A DNA stretch of 64,000 nucleotides from positions 567,653-631,652 of the forward strand of contig NMRA01000117.1 of the NCBI GenBank assembly GCA_002633005.1, in the 5' to 3' direction. The position numbers were made by a program, and so were the translations under genes. The DNA comes from Phoronis australis. Taxonomy: Eukaryota > Animalia > Phoronida. The notes under the pieces are model-generated. The model was not told where the DNA came from. It made no database searches and worked only from the letters and a program-made list of their open reading frames with translations. Below, piece after piece: positions 1 through 11,900 of the stretch. Each line of letters opens with the position of its first letter. Within the stretch, counting starts at the first letter, position 1.

Positions 1-3000
1 CTGCCGATAGACCCCGCTGTATGCTCACCTGTGTTATATTTTCAAAGCAACGTTTCTGAAACCGACACAAATGGCCAATAATCGACACATTTTCTTTGAA
101 CTTAGAAAATTTTTCAAAGCAACGTTTCTGAAACCGACACAAATGGCCTATAATCGACACATTTCGTGTGACTTAAGAAATTTTTGAAAGCAACGTTTCT
201 GAAACCGACACAAATGACCAATAATCGACACATTTTCTCGGAACTTAGAAAATTTCGCACATTGATACGCAGGGGACATACCAGCAACCGCGCTCCGGCC
301 TCGGCACCGCAGACCCCGCAAGCTGCCGGACTTGAAACTCCCGTGGACCGCCGTCTGGGGAGTTTTCACAGATACTCGGTACACAACTAGGGACTGTATC
401 CCGGCCTGCCGATAGACCCCGCTTCATGCTTACCCCGTGGACCTCCGTCTGTGGAAACGTATCGGGCTCCAGCGGAGCGCGGCTGCTGGTCTGTCCCCTG
501 CTTAAATGTGCGAAATTTTCTAAGTTCCGAGAAAATGTGTCGATAATTGGCCATTTGTGTCGGTTTCAGAAACGTTGCTTTGAAAATATAACAAAGGTAA
601 GCATACAGCGAGGTCTGTTGGCAGGCCGGGATACAGTCCCTAGTCGTGTCCCGGGTATCTGTGAAAACTTCCCAGACGGCGGTCTACAGGGTTCAAGTCC
701 GGCAGCTTGCGGGGTCTGCGGTGCCGAGGCCGGAGCGCGGTTGCTGGTCTGTCCCCTGCGTAAATGTGCGAAATTTTCTAAGTTCCGAGAAAATGTGTCG
801 ATTATTGGCCACTTGTGTAGGTTTCAGAAACGTTGCTTTGAAAAATTTTATAAGTCCAATGAAATGTGTGGATTATTGGCCATTTGTGTCGCTTTCTCAA
901 AGGTGCTTTGAAAATATAACAAAGGTAAGCATACAGCGGGGTCTATCGGCAGTCCGGGATACAGCACCGTAGTCGTGTCCCGGGTATCTGTGAAAACTCC
1001 CCAGACGGCGGTCCACGGGGTCAAGTCCGGCAGCTTGCGGGGTCGGCGGTGCCGAGGCCGGAGTGCTGCAGGCCGGTCTGTCCCTGCGTTGGCGGTTGTG
1101 ATGCCGCGGATTAAGTGCCGGCATATATATTTTATGTGATCTCCCAGTATGGCATCTGAAGCGGTGCACACATAAGGCCTGATCGGCTGCCCTGCGCCCA
1201 CGTATCCATTACTCCTGGATTGGTGGAGGACACACTGGGAGAAGTTCGCGCCCGCTGTCCCGCTGCCGGAAAGTGACGATCCATTCGGTGATTGTAGTTT
1301 GAGGATCAGCAAGTTTTTGCGGGTTTTAGTTGTGAAAAACGAAATGTGTCGATTTCACCGTCAATAACCGACACATTTTAAAATGCGCATTTTCACATTA
1401 CTCTCAGTATAACGTGCATCGACCCCGCTATGCTTACCTTTGTTATATTTTCAAGACTACTTGAGAAACCGACACAAATGGCCAATAATCGACACATTTC
1501 TTGGGACTTGGAAATTTTTCAACACAACGTTTCTGAAACCGACACAAATGGCCAATAATCGACACATTTTTCGGAACTTAGAAAATTTCGCACCTATACA
1601 CAGGGGGGCAAACCTGCAGCCACTCTCCGGCCTCGGAAGCGCAGACCAGACCCCGCAAGCTGCCGGACTTGACCGCGTGGACCGCCGACTAGGGACTTTT
1701 CACAGATATTGCCGGGACACGACAAGGGGTTGTATACCGGCCATCGACCCCGATACGTTTGCTTTTTGATACATTTTCAAAACACCTTTGAGAAAGCGAC
1801 ACAATTATGGCCAATAATCGACACATTTCGTAGGACTTAAAATTATTTCAACACAACGTTTGAAACCGACACAAATGGCCAATAATCGACACATTTCTCG
1901 GGACTTGGGCCATTTTGTTTATCGCCGCGGCCTTAGGCCTACGCTTCGACATAATCCCGTAATTGTCACGGAGCGACTACAAACAGATTAGTTTTCTGGT
2001 ACATGCATTCCGCCAGTATGTCGCCGTGGGCCCGACAAATCTCCATTCATCCCACTCCGCACGCAGGGACCTTGTACTTTAATTGCTTCATTAGACCCCG
2101 ATGTCTTTGTGAATAAACGTTTGATGTTAGATTGAGTAAGAGGTCCCCAATGAGACTGCGCTACTGACTTCGGTGACGCTAAGCTATCGTGGCACAGCGT
2201 ACAGTAAGATATTAGATGAAAGGGGAAGGGTCGAGATACATGTCGTAATATTTTAACTTTGTTGTCTCCAATAGATTTAATTTTGAAATTCTGTGATTAG
2301 AAATCTGCACCCGTCACCGAAAGGTAAGTTTCCTGTGGTAAACTGTACGTCATGGGTCACACCTAAGATCATTGTCATTTGCGTCGATTAGTACGAGGGC
2401 CACCTTAGTTTTTTTTGGCGCTAAATGGGACTCAGAAACGTCACATTGAAAAATTTTCTAAGTCACTAGAAATGTGTCGATTATTAGGCATTTGTGTCGG
2501 TTTTGAAAATTTTGCTTTGAAAAATTTTCTAAGTCCTAAGAAATGTGTCGTTTACTGGCCATTTGTGTCGCTTTCTCAAAGGAGCCTTGAAAATATAACA
2601 AAAGTAAGCAAACATAGAGGGTCGAGCGGCGGGCTGGGATACAGTCCCTAGTCGTGTCCCGGCTATCTACAGAAAGTCTCCAGACGGCGGCTCACGCAGT
2701 CCAGTCGGAATGCGGGTCTGGATTGGGCGAGGACGGGGCGCTACAGTCCCCCTGAAGTTCTGTCTATGCGTATGTGCGAAATTTACTAAGTCCCGAAAAA
2801 TGTGTCGATTATGGGCCATTTGTGTCGCTTTCAGAAAAGTTGCTTTGAAAAATTTCCTAAGTCCCATGAAACGTGTCGATTATTGGCCATTTGTGTCGGT
2901 TTCAGAAACGTTGCTTTGAAAAGTTTCGTAAGTCCCACGAAATGTGTCAATTTTTGGCCATTTGTGTCGCTTTCTCAAAGGTGCTTTGAAAATATAACCA

Positions 3001-4647
3001 AGTTAAGCATACAGCGGGGTCTATCGGCAAGTCGGGAAGTCCCTAGTCCTGTCCCGTGTAACTATCTCAGCCGTGAAAACTCCCCAGACGGCGGTCCACG
3101 GGGTCAAGTCCGACAACTTGCGGAGTCTGCGGTGCCGCGAGGCCGGAGTGCTGCAGGCAGGTATGTCCCCTGCGTAAATGTGCAAAATTTTCTAAGATCC
3201 GAGAAAATGTGTCGATTATTGGCCATTTGTGTCGGTTTCAGAAACGATGTGTTTAAAAATTTTAAAGTCTTACGAAATGTGTCGATAATTAGCCATTTGT
3301 GTCGCTTTCTCAAAGGTGCTTTGAAAATATAACAAAGGTAAGCATACAGCGGGATCTATCGGCAGGCCGGGATACAGTCCCTAGTCGTGTCCCGAGTATC
3401 TCAGTATCAGTGAAAACTCCCCACACGGCGGTCCAGGGGTCAAGTCCGGCAGTTTGCGGAGTCTGCGGTGCCGAGGCCGGAGCGCTGGAGGCAGTTATGT
3501 CCCCTGCGTAAATGTGCAAAATTTTCTTCTAAGTTCCGACTAAAATGTGTCGATTATTGGCCATTTGTGTCGGTTTCAGAAACGTTGGGTTGAAATAATT
3601 TTAAGTTCCGCGAAAATGGGTCGATTATTGGCCATTTGTGTCGGTTTCAGAAACTTTGCTTGAAAAATTTCTTAAGTCCCACGAAATGTGTCGATTATAG
3701 GCCATTTGTGTCGGTTTTAGAAACGTTGCTTTGAAAAACTTTCTAAGTTCAAAGAAAATGTGTCGATTATTGGCCATTTGTGTCGCTTTCTCAAAGGTGC
3801 TTTGAAAATATAACACAGGTAAGCATAGAGCGGGGTCTATCGGCAGGCCGGGATACAGTCCTAGTCGTGTCCCGGTTACTCTGTGAAAACTCCCCAGCCG
3901 GCCGTATACGGGATTGCCAGGCCCGGAAGCTTGCGGTGTCTGCGGTGCCGAGGCCGGAGCGCTGCAAGCCCCCTGCGTAAATGACATAATGTGTGAAATT
4001 TTCAAAGTTCCGAGAAAATGTGTCGATTTTTGCCCATTTGTGTCGGTTTTAGAAACGTTGCGTCCGCGAAAATGTGTCGATTATTGGCCATTTGTGTCGG
4101 TTTCAGAAACGTTGCTTGAAAATCTTTCTAAGTTCAAAGAAAATGTGTCGATTATTGGCCATTTGTGTCGCTTTCTCCGAAGGTGCTTTGAAAATATAAC
4201 CAAGGTAAGCACACACAACGGGGTCTATCGGCAGGACGGGATGCAGTCCCTAATCCTGTCCCGGTTACCTCAGTGTGAAAACTCCCCAGACAGCGGTCCA
4301 CGGTGTCAAGTCCAGCAATTTGCGGGGTCTGCGGTGCCGAGGGCGGAGCGCTGGCAGGCCGGTCTGTCCCTGCGTTGGCGGTCGTGATGCCGCGGACTAA
4401 GTGCCGACCGGCATAAATATTTTATGTGGTCTCCCAGTATGGCATCTGGAGCGGTCCACATACTAAAAGGCCTGACCGGCTACCCTGCGGCCACGTATCC
4501 ATTAGGCCTACGGTTGGCGGAGGACTGTCCAACTGGAAGAAGTTCGCGCCCGCTGTCCCGCTGCCGGAAAGTGACGATCCAGTAGGTGATCATAGTTTAA
4601 TCAGCAAGTTTTTGCGGGTTTTAGTTGAGAAACGAAATGTGTCGTGC
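1..4647. repeat. Complex higher-order tandem array (satellite-like) with orientation switches
   Basis: Two modules alternate: a ~58-60 bp AT-rich one (aaatgtgtcgattattggccatttgtgtcggtttcagaaacgttgctttgaaaa...) and a ~170 bp GC-rich one (cagcggggtctatcggcaggccgggatacagtccctagtcgtgtccc...gccgaggccggagcg). Orientation is reversed in ~1-430 and ~1360-1910, forward in ~470-1350 and ~2430-4647. A ~270 bp closing block occurs at ~1085-1350 and ~4370-4647. ORFs here are repeat translations. Confidence 0.9.
1964..2203 (+). mobile_element. Possible solo LTR / LTR fragment inside the satellite
   Basis: Starts TGTCACG and ends ...CGTACA, with AATAAA at ~2112. Flanks gtaat (1959-1963) and gtaag (2204-2208) resemble a 5-bp TSD with one mismatch. 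Unrelated to the surrounding satellite modules. Confidence 0.35.
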
Positions 4648-5083
4648 CATATATCGTTTCATGGGTTTTTTTCGACAGATATTTTTCAAACGACGAGTTA
4701 AGTTGCAAAATTTGGGCTGCGAACAAAAAGTAGAGGGAATTTGCCGAGTTAGTTTACATCTTTAACGACTTTGATGACAGCCAGTAGCAGGTCAGGCCTA
4801 GAAAAATCGCGGATACTTTTCCAACGGGCATTTTCTCCCTTTTCACATGGCAAACTTAGCTACTGGAATGCACGTGTCAGTTAGAGAGCACTGATTCAAC
4901 TTTCACGTCGGCAATTTGCTCTGTGCTCTAGAGCCTTTCAATGGCGGTAGCGAAGAACAGTAATACCGTACCTGCATGAACGAATTCAATTTTGCGATTT
5001 GAAATTTGTGAGTATTTAACGCATATTACCTAAACATTTTCTCGATGATCTAAAATCAATTTTGGCGCGTAAAAATGGCGGGA

Positions 5084-5180
5084 AAATTTTGCGACCTGGC
5101 ATTTATGAATGCGAGCTGGATTTTGAAAATGCGACCTGGCATTTATGAATGCGAGCTGGATTTTGAAAATGCGACCTGGG
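5084..5180. repeat. Short tandem duplication (~40 bp unit)
   Basis: gcgacctggcatttatgaatgcgagctggattttgaaaat is repeated about 2.3 times. Confidence 0.8.
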
Positions 5181-5911
5181 ATTTTGGCTAGGTCGCAAAA
5201 TGCGATCTGGTGATTTTAATAGCGTCGGAGCCCTGGCTTCAAGCACGCGGCTGTTAAACATCACTGCAGAAACGAAATAGTTGCTGCGACCCAACATGCA
5301 TGACAAGGTTAAAAATCGTTCACAGTCCGCCATTCTTTCACCGTGTTGTAAGTAAAGCTAACCAATGACTGCCGAGGTTACATCGACCAATGCTAAAGCG
5401 CATGCCACTGCGTGATGCCTGCTGGCAGGGCTAAGCACGCAGGGAACCAGTGAGAGTCTCGCGCTAGCCTTTGCCTAATTCTCATGACTCAGTTGACATA
5501 CTTTGTGGTTATCGCGCGCGTGGTGAAAAAGTTAACGCCAAACGGTAAACAAAAAAGTGGAGTTGGAATTCTTCGCCAAAGTCATCTAAATTACCTCATC
5601 TTCATCTTCTTTTCTAGGTCGATCTTTGGCTCTTCCTGGCTGGCGCACAGAGTCGTCAAATGTAATCTGGTCAGCTAAAGATGTGCTACGACTTTCGTTC
5701 CGAACATGCGACTTCAATCGTTTAGATTTCCCCATATTTTGAACCTGACTTTTAAAACAATTCCATGTGGGATAAAGCGGAAATACTACTGCGCCACCAG
5801 TTGGCAAGATTTTTACTTCCGGTTCAACAGCAGAGACGTTCAAAGTCCATTGCTGAACGAGTTTTCAATCGTGCCAAGCACATGTTTCGTGGTTAGTCCA
5901 GCACTTTCATC

Positions 5912-8900
5912 ATGTCAGAAGTTGTAAAATTTCTTACTCTTATTGTTCAAGTATTTCTGTCCTACTTGGAATACTTTTACAGGCTGATCATTCCAAAAGC
6001 CGAGAAGAACATCAAAGGAAAAATCGTGCTTGTGACCGGCGGAGGACGTGGTCTAGGGCGGGAACTTTGCCTTGAGTTTTCAAAGCGTGGAGCTAAGATC
6101 GTTTCTTGGGATGTCTTAAAAGTAATTCTTCTTATTTCCAGTTATTGTGTTCAGAATACCAAACGTGATGTTATCTGAATATCGAGCTGTCATAACTTAA
6201 CGAGTGTTAGTGTTGTAGATGTGCTTCTGCCTGGTGAATCACATGAGCATCTGTTAGCTACTCGCGAACTGGCAATTGCCTATTAGCTGAATGGCAGGTT
6301 AGCACGCTCGCCAGTTTTATGGGGGTCGCTGGTTCGATTCCCGGGTCGGGTAATCTCGGCTATTACTACAAGTGGCATAGTCGGCAAACATGATATACCG
6401 ATGAAGCACTGCCAACTAGTATAGTCCGGATACCTATCGTCGTCAGGCTCCAAAGGTCGTCCGCCATCTTGTTTCGCGTGCAGCGCAACCACGCGGGACT
6501 TAGCGTTCCAATTTGGAGTGCTCGTCTGTACGTTAGGTACTAACCTCTCAGGAGAAACACGCATGGAAGAACTGAGACTAAAATTAATGCATTTACCGAC
6601 TGTTTTTTTGAGACCACTTAAAAACTTGTCAATTTTACTAATGCACTTTTTTGTTCATTTTCAGAAGATATTTTCGAAATTAAATTTTCTTCAGACGGAA
6701 CAAAAAGCAACTCAGGGATTGTCTATGCAATGTATCTATTTGTCCCAGGCACTAACCGACACCTGTTAGGCCAAAGGAAAAACGCAGCAGACAAATGGAA
6801 CACGCTGGGTGCTTAACAGTTTCGACCCACGCCTTGGTCATCAAAACATTGTCCACTTGTTTTTTTATTGCAAAACACAGTACTGAGCTCGACATTTATG
6901 TTGACATTTTTGATTAAAGCATTTTGAATTTATTTGAAGAAAATTAAAATACTTGAATTGATAGAGAATGGCCACCAATAAAGTAAAACATTGACTTTAT
7001 TTCACTATATTGCATTGTTACATACAACACAGCATGACATAATCAAAAATAAAAGAAGAGATTGAGCAATAAAATTCAAATGCGACTTGGGTATTTATTT
7101 ATTTATTTATGATTGCATAAGCCTGTTAAAGATGAGAAAAAATCAAACAATATGATTATGGGTAATTTATTAGAACAATTGTATTGAGGTTCAATGATCA
7201 ACTTGCGCCGACAAAGTCTCAAAGGGTTATAGAACTGTTCTGGCTGACAAGGTATTAACAGAGAATGAAGAGAAACTGAAAAGAAAAAGTAAGACAGCAA
7301 AGATAAGTGGTGTTAAGTACAACAAGAGCAAAAAGTCAAATAAAGAGGTCACAAACAGAAATAAGTAAGGTATTTCTTGAATAAAACAATCCAGGGCTCA
7401 GCCGTGATTTATTTTCCAGAACTGAAATTCTAAATCAATTTTAATCTATTTAAAAATCGATATCATACTAGTAAAGCAGTTTGTGGCTGAAGTAGAATTG
7501 CTGTATACCACTTTCCACTATTTTCTTGGCCTTTTTCTGTGTGGTTTGCTGTTCTTTCATATGACAACCATAGGTGTCGTTATAAAATGGCTGCCGAAAA
7601 GCAATGCACAGTTGAACAACTCGGCATAAGTAAAAGAAAACGTTTGAATCAACGAATACTATATATTTGTGAGAGTTAAATCAAATCCTATTCAGATCAT
7701 AACTTTGAAGTGGAATGATTGGGTGAGTACGACAACAAGCCGGTTTTATGCTTAGGCGGACGACCATTGGGTTCCCGAGTATACCCACGGACCTCGGGAC
7801 GGCGCGCATGGAATGTTACAGGAGTCAAGGACCTGTATGAGAGACTACCTTGTGTTCACCTGTGTTGTGGTGGTAAAGGTACCAAGGGACGTTGATGACC
7901 TGTATGAGAGACATCCTGGTGTTCACTTTCCTAGTGGTTTGGCTGTTCCGTAGGAAAGGGGAGTGTTATATAGTGTATTGTATTGTATATAGGGGGAATG
8001 TTTTAGAAGTGCTTCCGGTGAATCACATGAGCCTCTGTTAGCTACTCGCTAAGGGGCAATTGCCTATTTGCTGAATGGTTAGCACGCTTGCCGGTTTTAT
8101 GGGGGTCGCTAGTTCGATTCCCGGGTCGGGTAATCTTGGCTATTACTACATTAGTTACGAACTTCCGGCATTCCTGATTTGTTTACAGTTACAATTCAAT
8201 TAATTAACCTCTGAAAACAGGTGTGTATTATGAGGAACACTAAAACCTGTACGTCAAGTAGATCTTTTCCCTCACAGTTTGGTCTCGAGATGGGATAATC
8301 AAATACTCATGATCCTTACTAGCGTACTTGTTGTGGTGTTGTGTTTTGAAGAGAAAAACTTCACTAACACTTGGTAGAACAGGGCTGCGTTCCAGTGATG
8401 CAACATTCTTCCAAAAATGCAAGTCTTCATTAGATATTGGCATGCATTTTAAGAGAAGCTCGTATTCTTTCTAGCCTTTCCCGTGAGTATCTTGGATCTA
8501 CAAAGACCGCCAAGGTCTTTACTGTGACCATAATTGTTCACAACTCTACAATCATTAATATGTTGTTATGAATTTTTAGTTCCATGTAAGCAAAGTCCTA
8601 GGTGGTGTCACATTCTAATCCATCCTGTATGCTGGAAGATTTCTGCAAATTAAGCTTAACCCTGGTTGAACTATGAAAGTCACATTACTATGTGTATCTT
8701 TTTATTTTTAATTATATATGGACACCTTTTGAATCAGTTGATATCTTTAAATCATTCCAGCTCAAACAATACTCTCTTTTAGTTTTTAATTACCGGTATA
8801 TATGTTCACCTTTTGTAGCAGTTGATATCTTTAAATCCTTCCAGCTCGAACAATACTCTTGAAATAACATTTTTCTGAGTAATCCTTCATTTCATCTATG

Positions 8901-11900
8901 AAGTTGAAGACTAAACCACTTGACAGTTAAGTGTTGAAGGACATACAGAAATGTAAAGAGGGTTGTGGCGAGGTCACCTATCTGTTGGCCATTCCAAGAG
9001 GAAGCAGCGCAAACAATAAGTCCATGCCACACAAACTATATTGTGTCTGATACACAATAGAGGTCTTGCCAGATCTTGCTTTATTACCTATATTTTTGTA
9101 TGAATGTGGTACTTCATGCATAGTACTAAGTGCCTAATGTGCATAAGTGACACTTATGGTACATTTGATACAGGACCGATTCAGTTTACTGTCTAACTAC
9201 ACTGTATGCAGTATGCCATATGAGCCTACACCTCTATTATTGTATTTTTGAGACATTTAATCTTAATTTATTTTCTCTCCACTGCAGAAATATTTGGGGC
9301 TAGTATATTACAGTCATTGTAATTCCTACATTATTAAACATGATCCTTTGAAGATATATGGTCTTACTGCTAAAGCTCAACTTTCGGTTACCAAAAAGTA
9401 CCATGTGCATTTTCAGTTGTGATAGAACTTTTAGGTGTCTGTACACTTTGTACAAAAAGTGAATTTCTCCCCTAATTTGTCACTGAACTCTTGAAAACCT
9501 CCGGGGATGGTAAGATTGCCTGCTTTACTATCTGTTGAGACGTTTGTTCATTTAAGGATGGAAATGATGCTACAGCTGCTGAAATTACAAAACATGGAGG
9601 ATATGCACGCTCGTATCTGTGTGATGTGACCAAGGTGGACGATGTAAAACGTGTTGCAGAGAGAGTACGCACAGACGTAGGCGATGTGGACATTCTAGTG
9701 AACAATGCAGGCGTCCTATACAGTGCTGATATCTTGAGTGTTGACGAGGCTACAATACGACGCACATTTGAAGTGAACACGTTAGCTCATTTCTGGGTAA
9801 TGACAAACTATTTCTGTAAACCAAGCATATATGAAAGTGGATTTCCAAAATTTCAGCGTTTGGTATGCTAACTGCAAATACAAAATGTGTGTGTCTGAAG
9901 TGAAGTTTGTTCCCAAAGTTCATGTGAATTTTTATTCACAAAAAACCCTTAGAGCATTTCGGTGCACGTAGTGTCCAATGATTTTGAAGATAAGTGCCTA
10001 TCATTCCTGCACATTTTGAAGGATATTTACTGCGCATATTAACATGTTATTTATGGTTTTGCGTAATTGATCGTGTAAGCTAATGACTTGGCAGTTAATT
10101 TTCATGTGCACATATACAAAGTGTGCACATTGACCAGACATCTTATCTAGTTCACACAAAATGTCAACAGTTATTTGATTTGGAACCTCAGCCCCAGTCT
10201 CAGATTAACTTTGTACTGGTAGGTCACTCACCTCAAAACATCTTGTGCAAACAAACATGAAGAATTTCATACTTGAACATTTTCATGTTCCAATTTAATT
10301 TGATATTTTTGTAATTCAGACAATTAAAGAATTTCTTCCAAAGATGCTGGAGACTAACAGTGGACACGTAGTAACAATAGCCTCCATGGCAGGAAAGTAT
10401 GGCTCGGAATTCCTGACGGAATACAGGTAATGAAATTTTTGCTGTTTAATTTGCAATTAAAGTCAGTCCTATAGTTGTTTTAAAAAGGATACCAAACCCG
10501 GTTTTGGCCTATTAACAGATACTAAAAACGACTTTCCCATCCAGTCTCTGAAACAAAGTAATGCTCTGTTACCCTCGGCACTGTTCAGAAGTTTGGAGAA
10601 AAATTTGAAAACACCTTTCAAAGTCTGCTAAATGGTAATGTTGATTTGTGCTCTTAGCGAATTACCTGGCAATTGTTGGAAATGACTACTCACCAAGGAC
10701 CATAATGTCCACTCTGTAACATAGGGAGTATGAGTTTTTAGTTGATTCCTGCTTTTAACTAGGAAGATTGACGCCTGTGATGCATTAGCAGGTAATTGAA
10801 GGAGGCTTTAATATCCCTTTAATGTTAGTGTCTTGTAAATGTATATAGTCTTTTACTTGTTATGGTTTAGGATAAAGGTCCAGCACAGTGCTAACTAGCT
10901 GAAGCTGAATCCACAAACTTCAAAGTTGAATAAATCTATTTAGTGGTGGTGAAACGTTGAAGCAATCAAAAAACTCCATTCGGTCCTTGGTGCTTTTATG
11001 TGTAATCAAGAATGCTAACTCACTGTATCACAGAAACTAACAAAGGGTTCTATGCCAAAACATGAAATGAGACGAGGTTTTTTAAATATTGTTCTGCTCA
11101 GGGCTTTAAATGTGCATTTTAAAAAATCACCTTTTCAGTGCATCGAAATTTGCTGTAGTTGGTTTGACCCAGTCTCTTCAGAATGAGGTGGAACGTCTAG
11201 GAAAGGATAACATCAAGACAACAACTGTCTGCCCAACGTTTATAAACACAGACCTAATCAAAAACACCTCATACAGTGCTGGGTAGGTGGAGTTGCACAA
11301 TAGCGGATTTGCAGCGCAAACGAACTACGCATTGCGCATGTGTGAGTTACTTCCTGCGCGAAGGCTCATGGGATAGCTTGTGGTCAGGCATGTCTTGAGC
11401 AGGCTGGATAGTGTGTGCATTTGGAGTGATTTGCAAACTAAAAACCATGTTTCATTTTTTTGCTTTATAATACCAAGCAAGTCCTCTCTCTCGTTTGTGA
11501 ACACAGCGTAGCTATGATCAGTGACCGTGTGACCGAGGGCACAACTGTCGTCATGATGTTCAGTATTGGGGCTATCGGCGTTGATTTCGAAATCTCCTCC
11601 GGTTTCAGACAAGTTGAGAGTTCTTGGGTTGCTTAACTTTTGTAGCTTTCGCCGTGGATATGCTAGAGACGTTAATTTTAAGAGGAAACTCCGTGGGAAT
11701 GTTGTTCTCATACATCTTTTTTCCACCAGGAAAATGTTCGCTGCACACACGATGGCCCCTAGGCAATTACATCGCACTGGATGCCGCAGGCATTCAGGGG
11801 CGATAGTACATCCTCACAAAAAGTTACTCATTTCAAAATGCAGCAAATAAAATCAAATGAGCCATACATGTAGGAACACNNNNNNNNNNNNNNNNNNNNN

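Noticed and set aside
1-4647. CRISPR-like repeat/spacer appearance
   Set aside because: The intervening sequences are themselves repeated, the context is eukaryotic, and there are no cas genes.
148-4701. Many overlapping ORFs with recurring peptides (CRLLAICVGF, LSQRCFENITK)
   Set aside because: They are translations of the tandem array in several frames on both strands, with no domain or splice structure.
6277-8135. Two tRNA genes (6277-6352 and ~8061-8132)
   Set aside because: Acceptor and anticodon stems pair poorly, and both lie within LTRs bounded by TSD, PBS and PPT.
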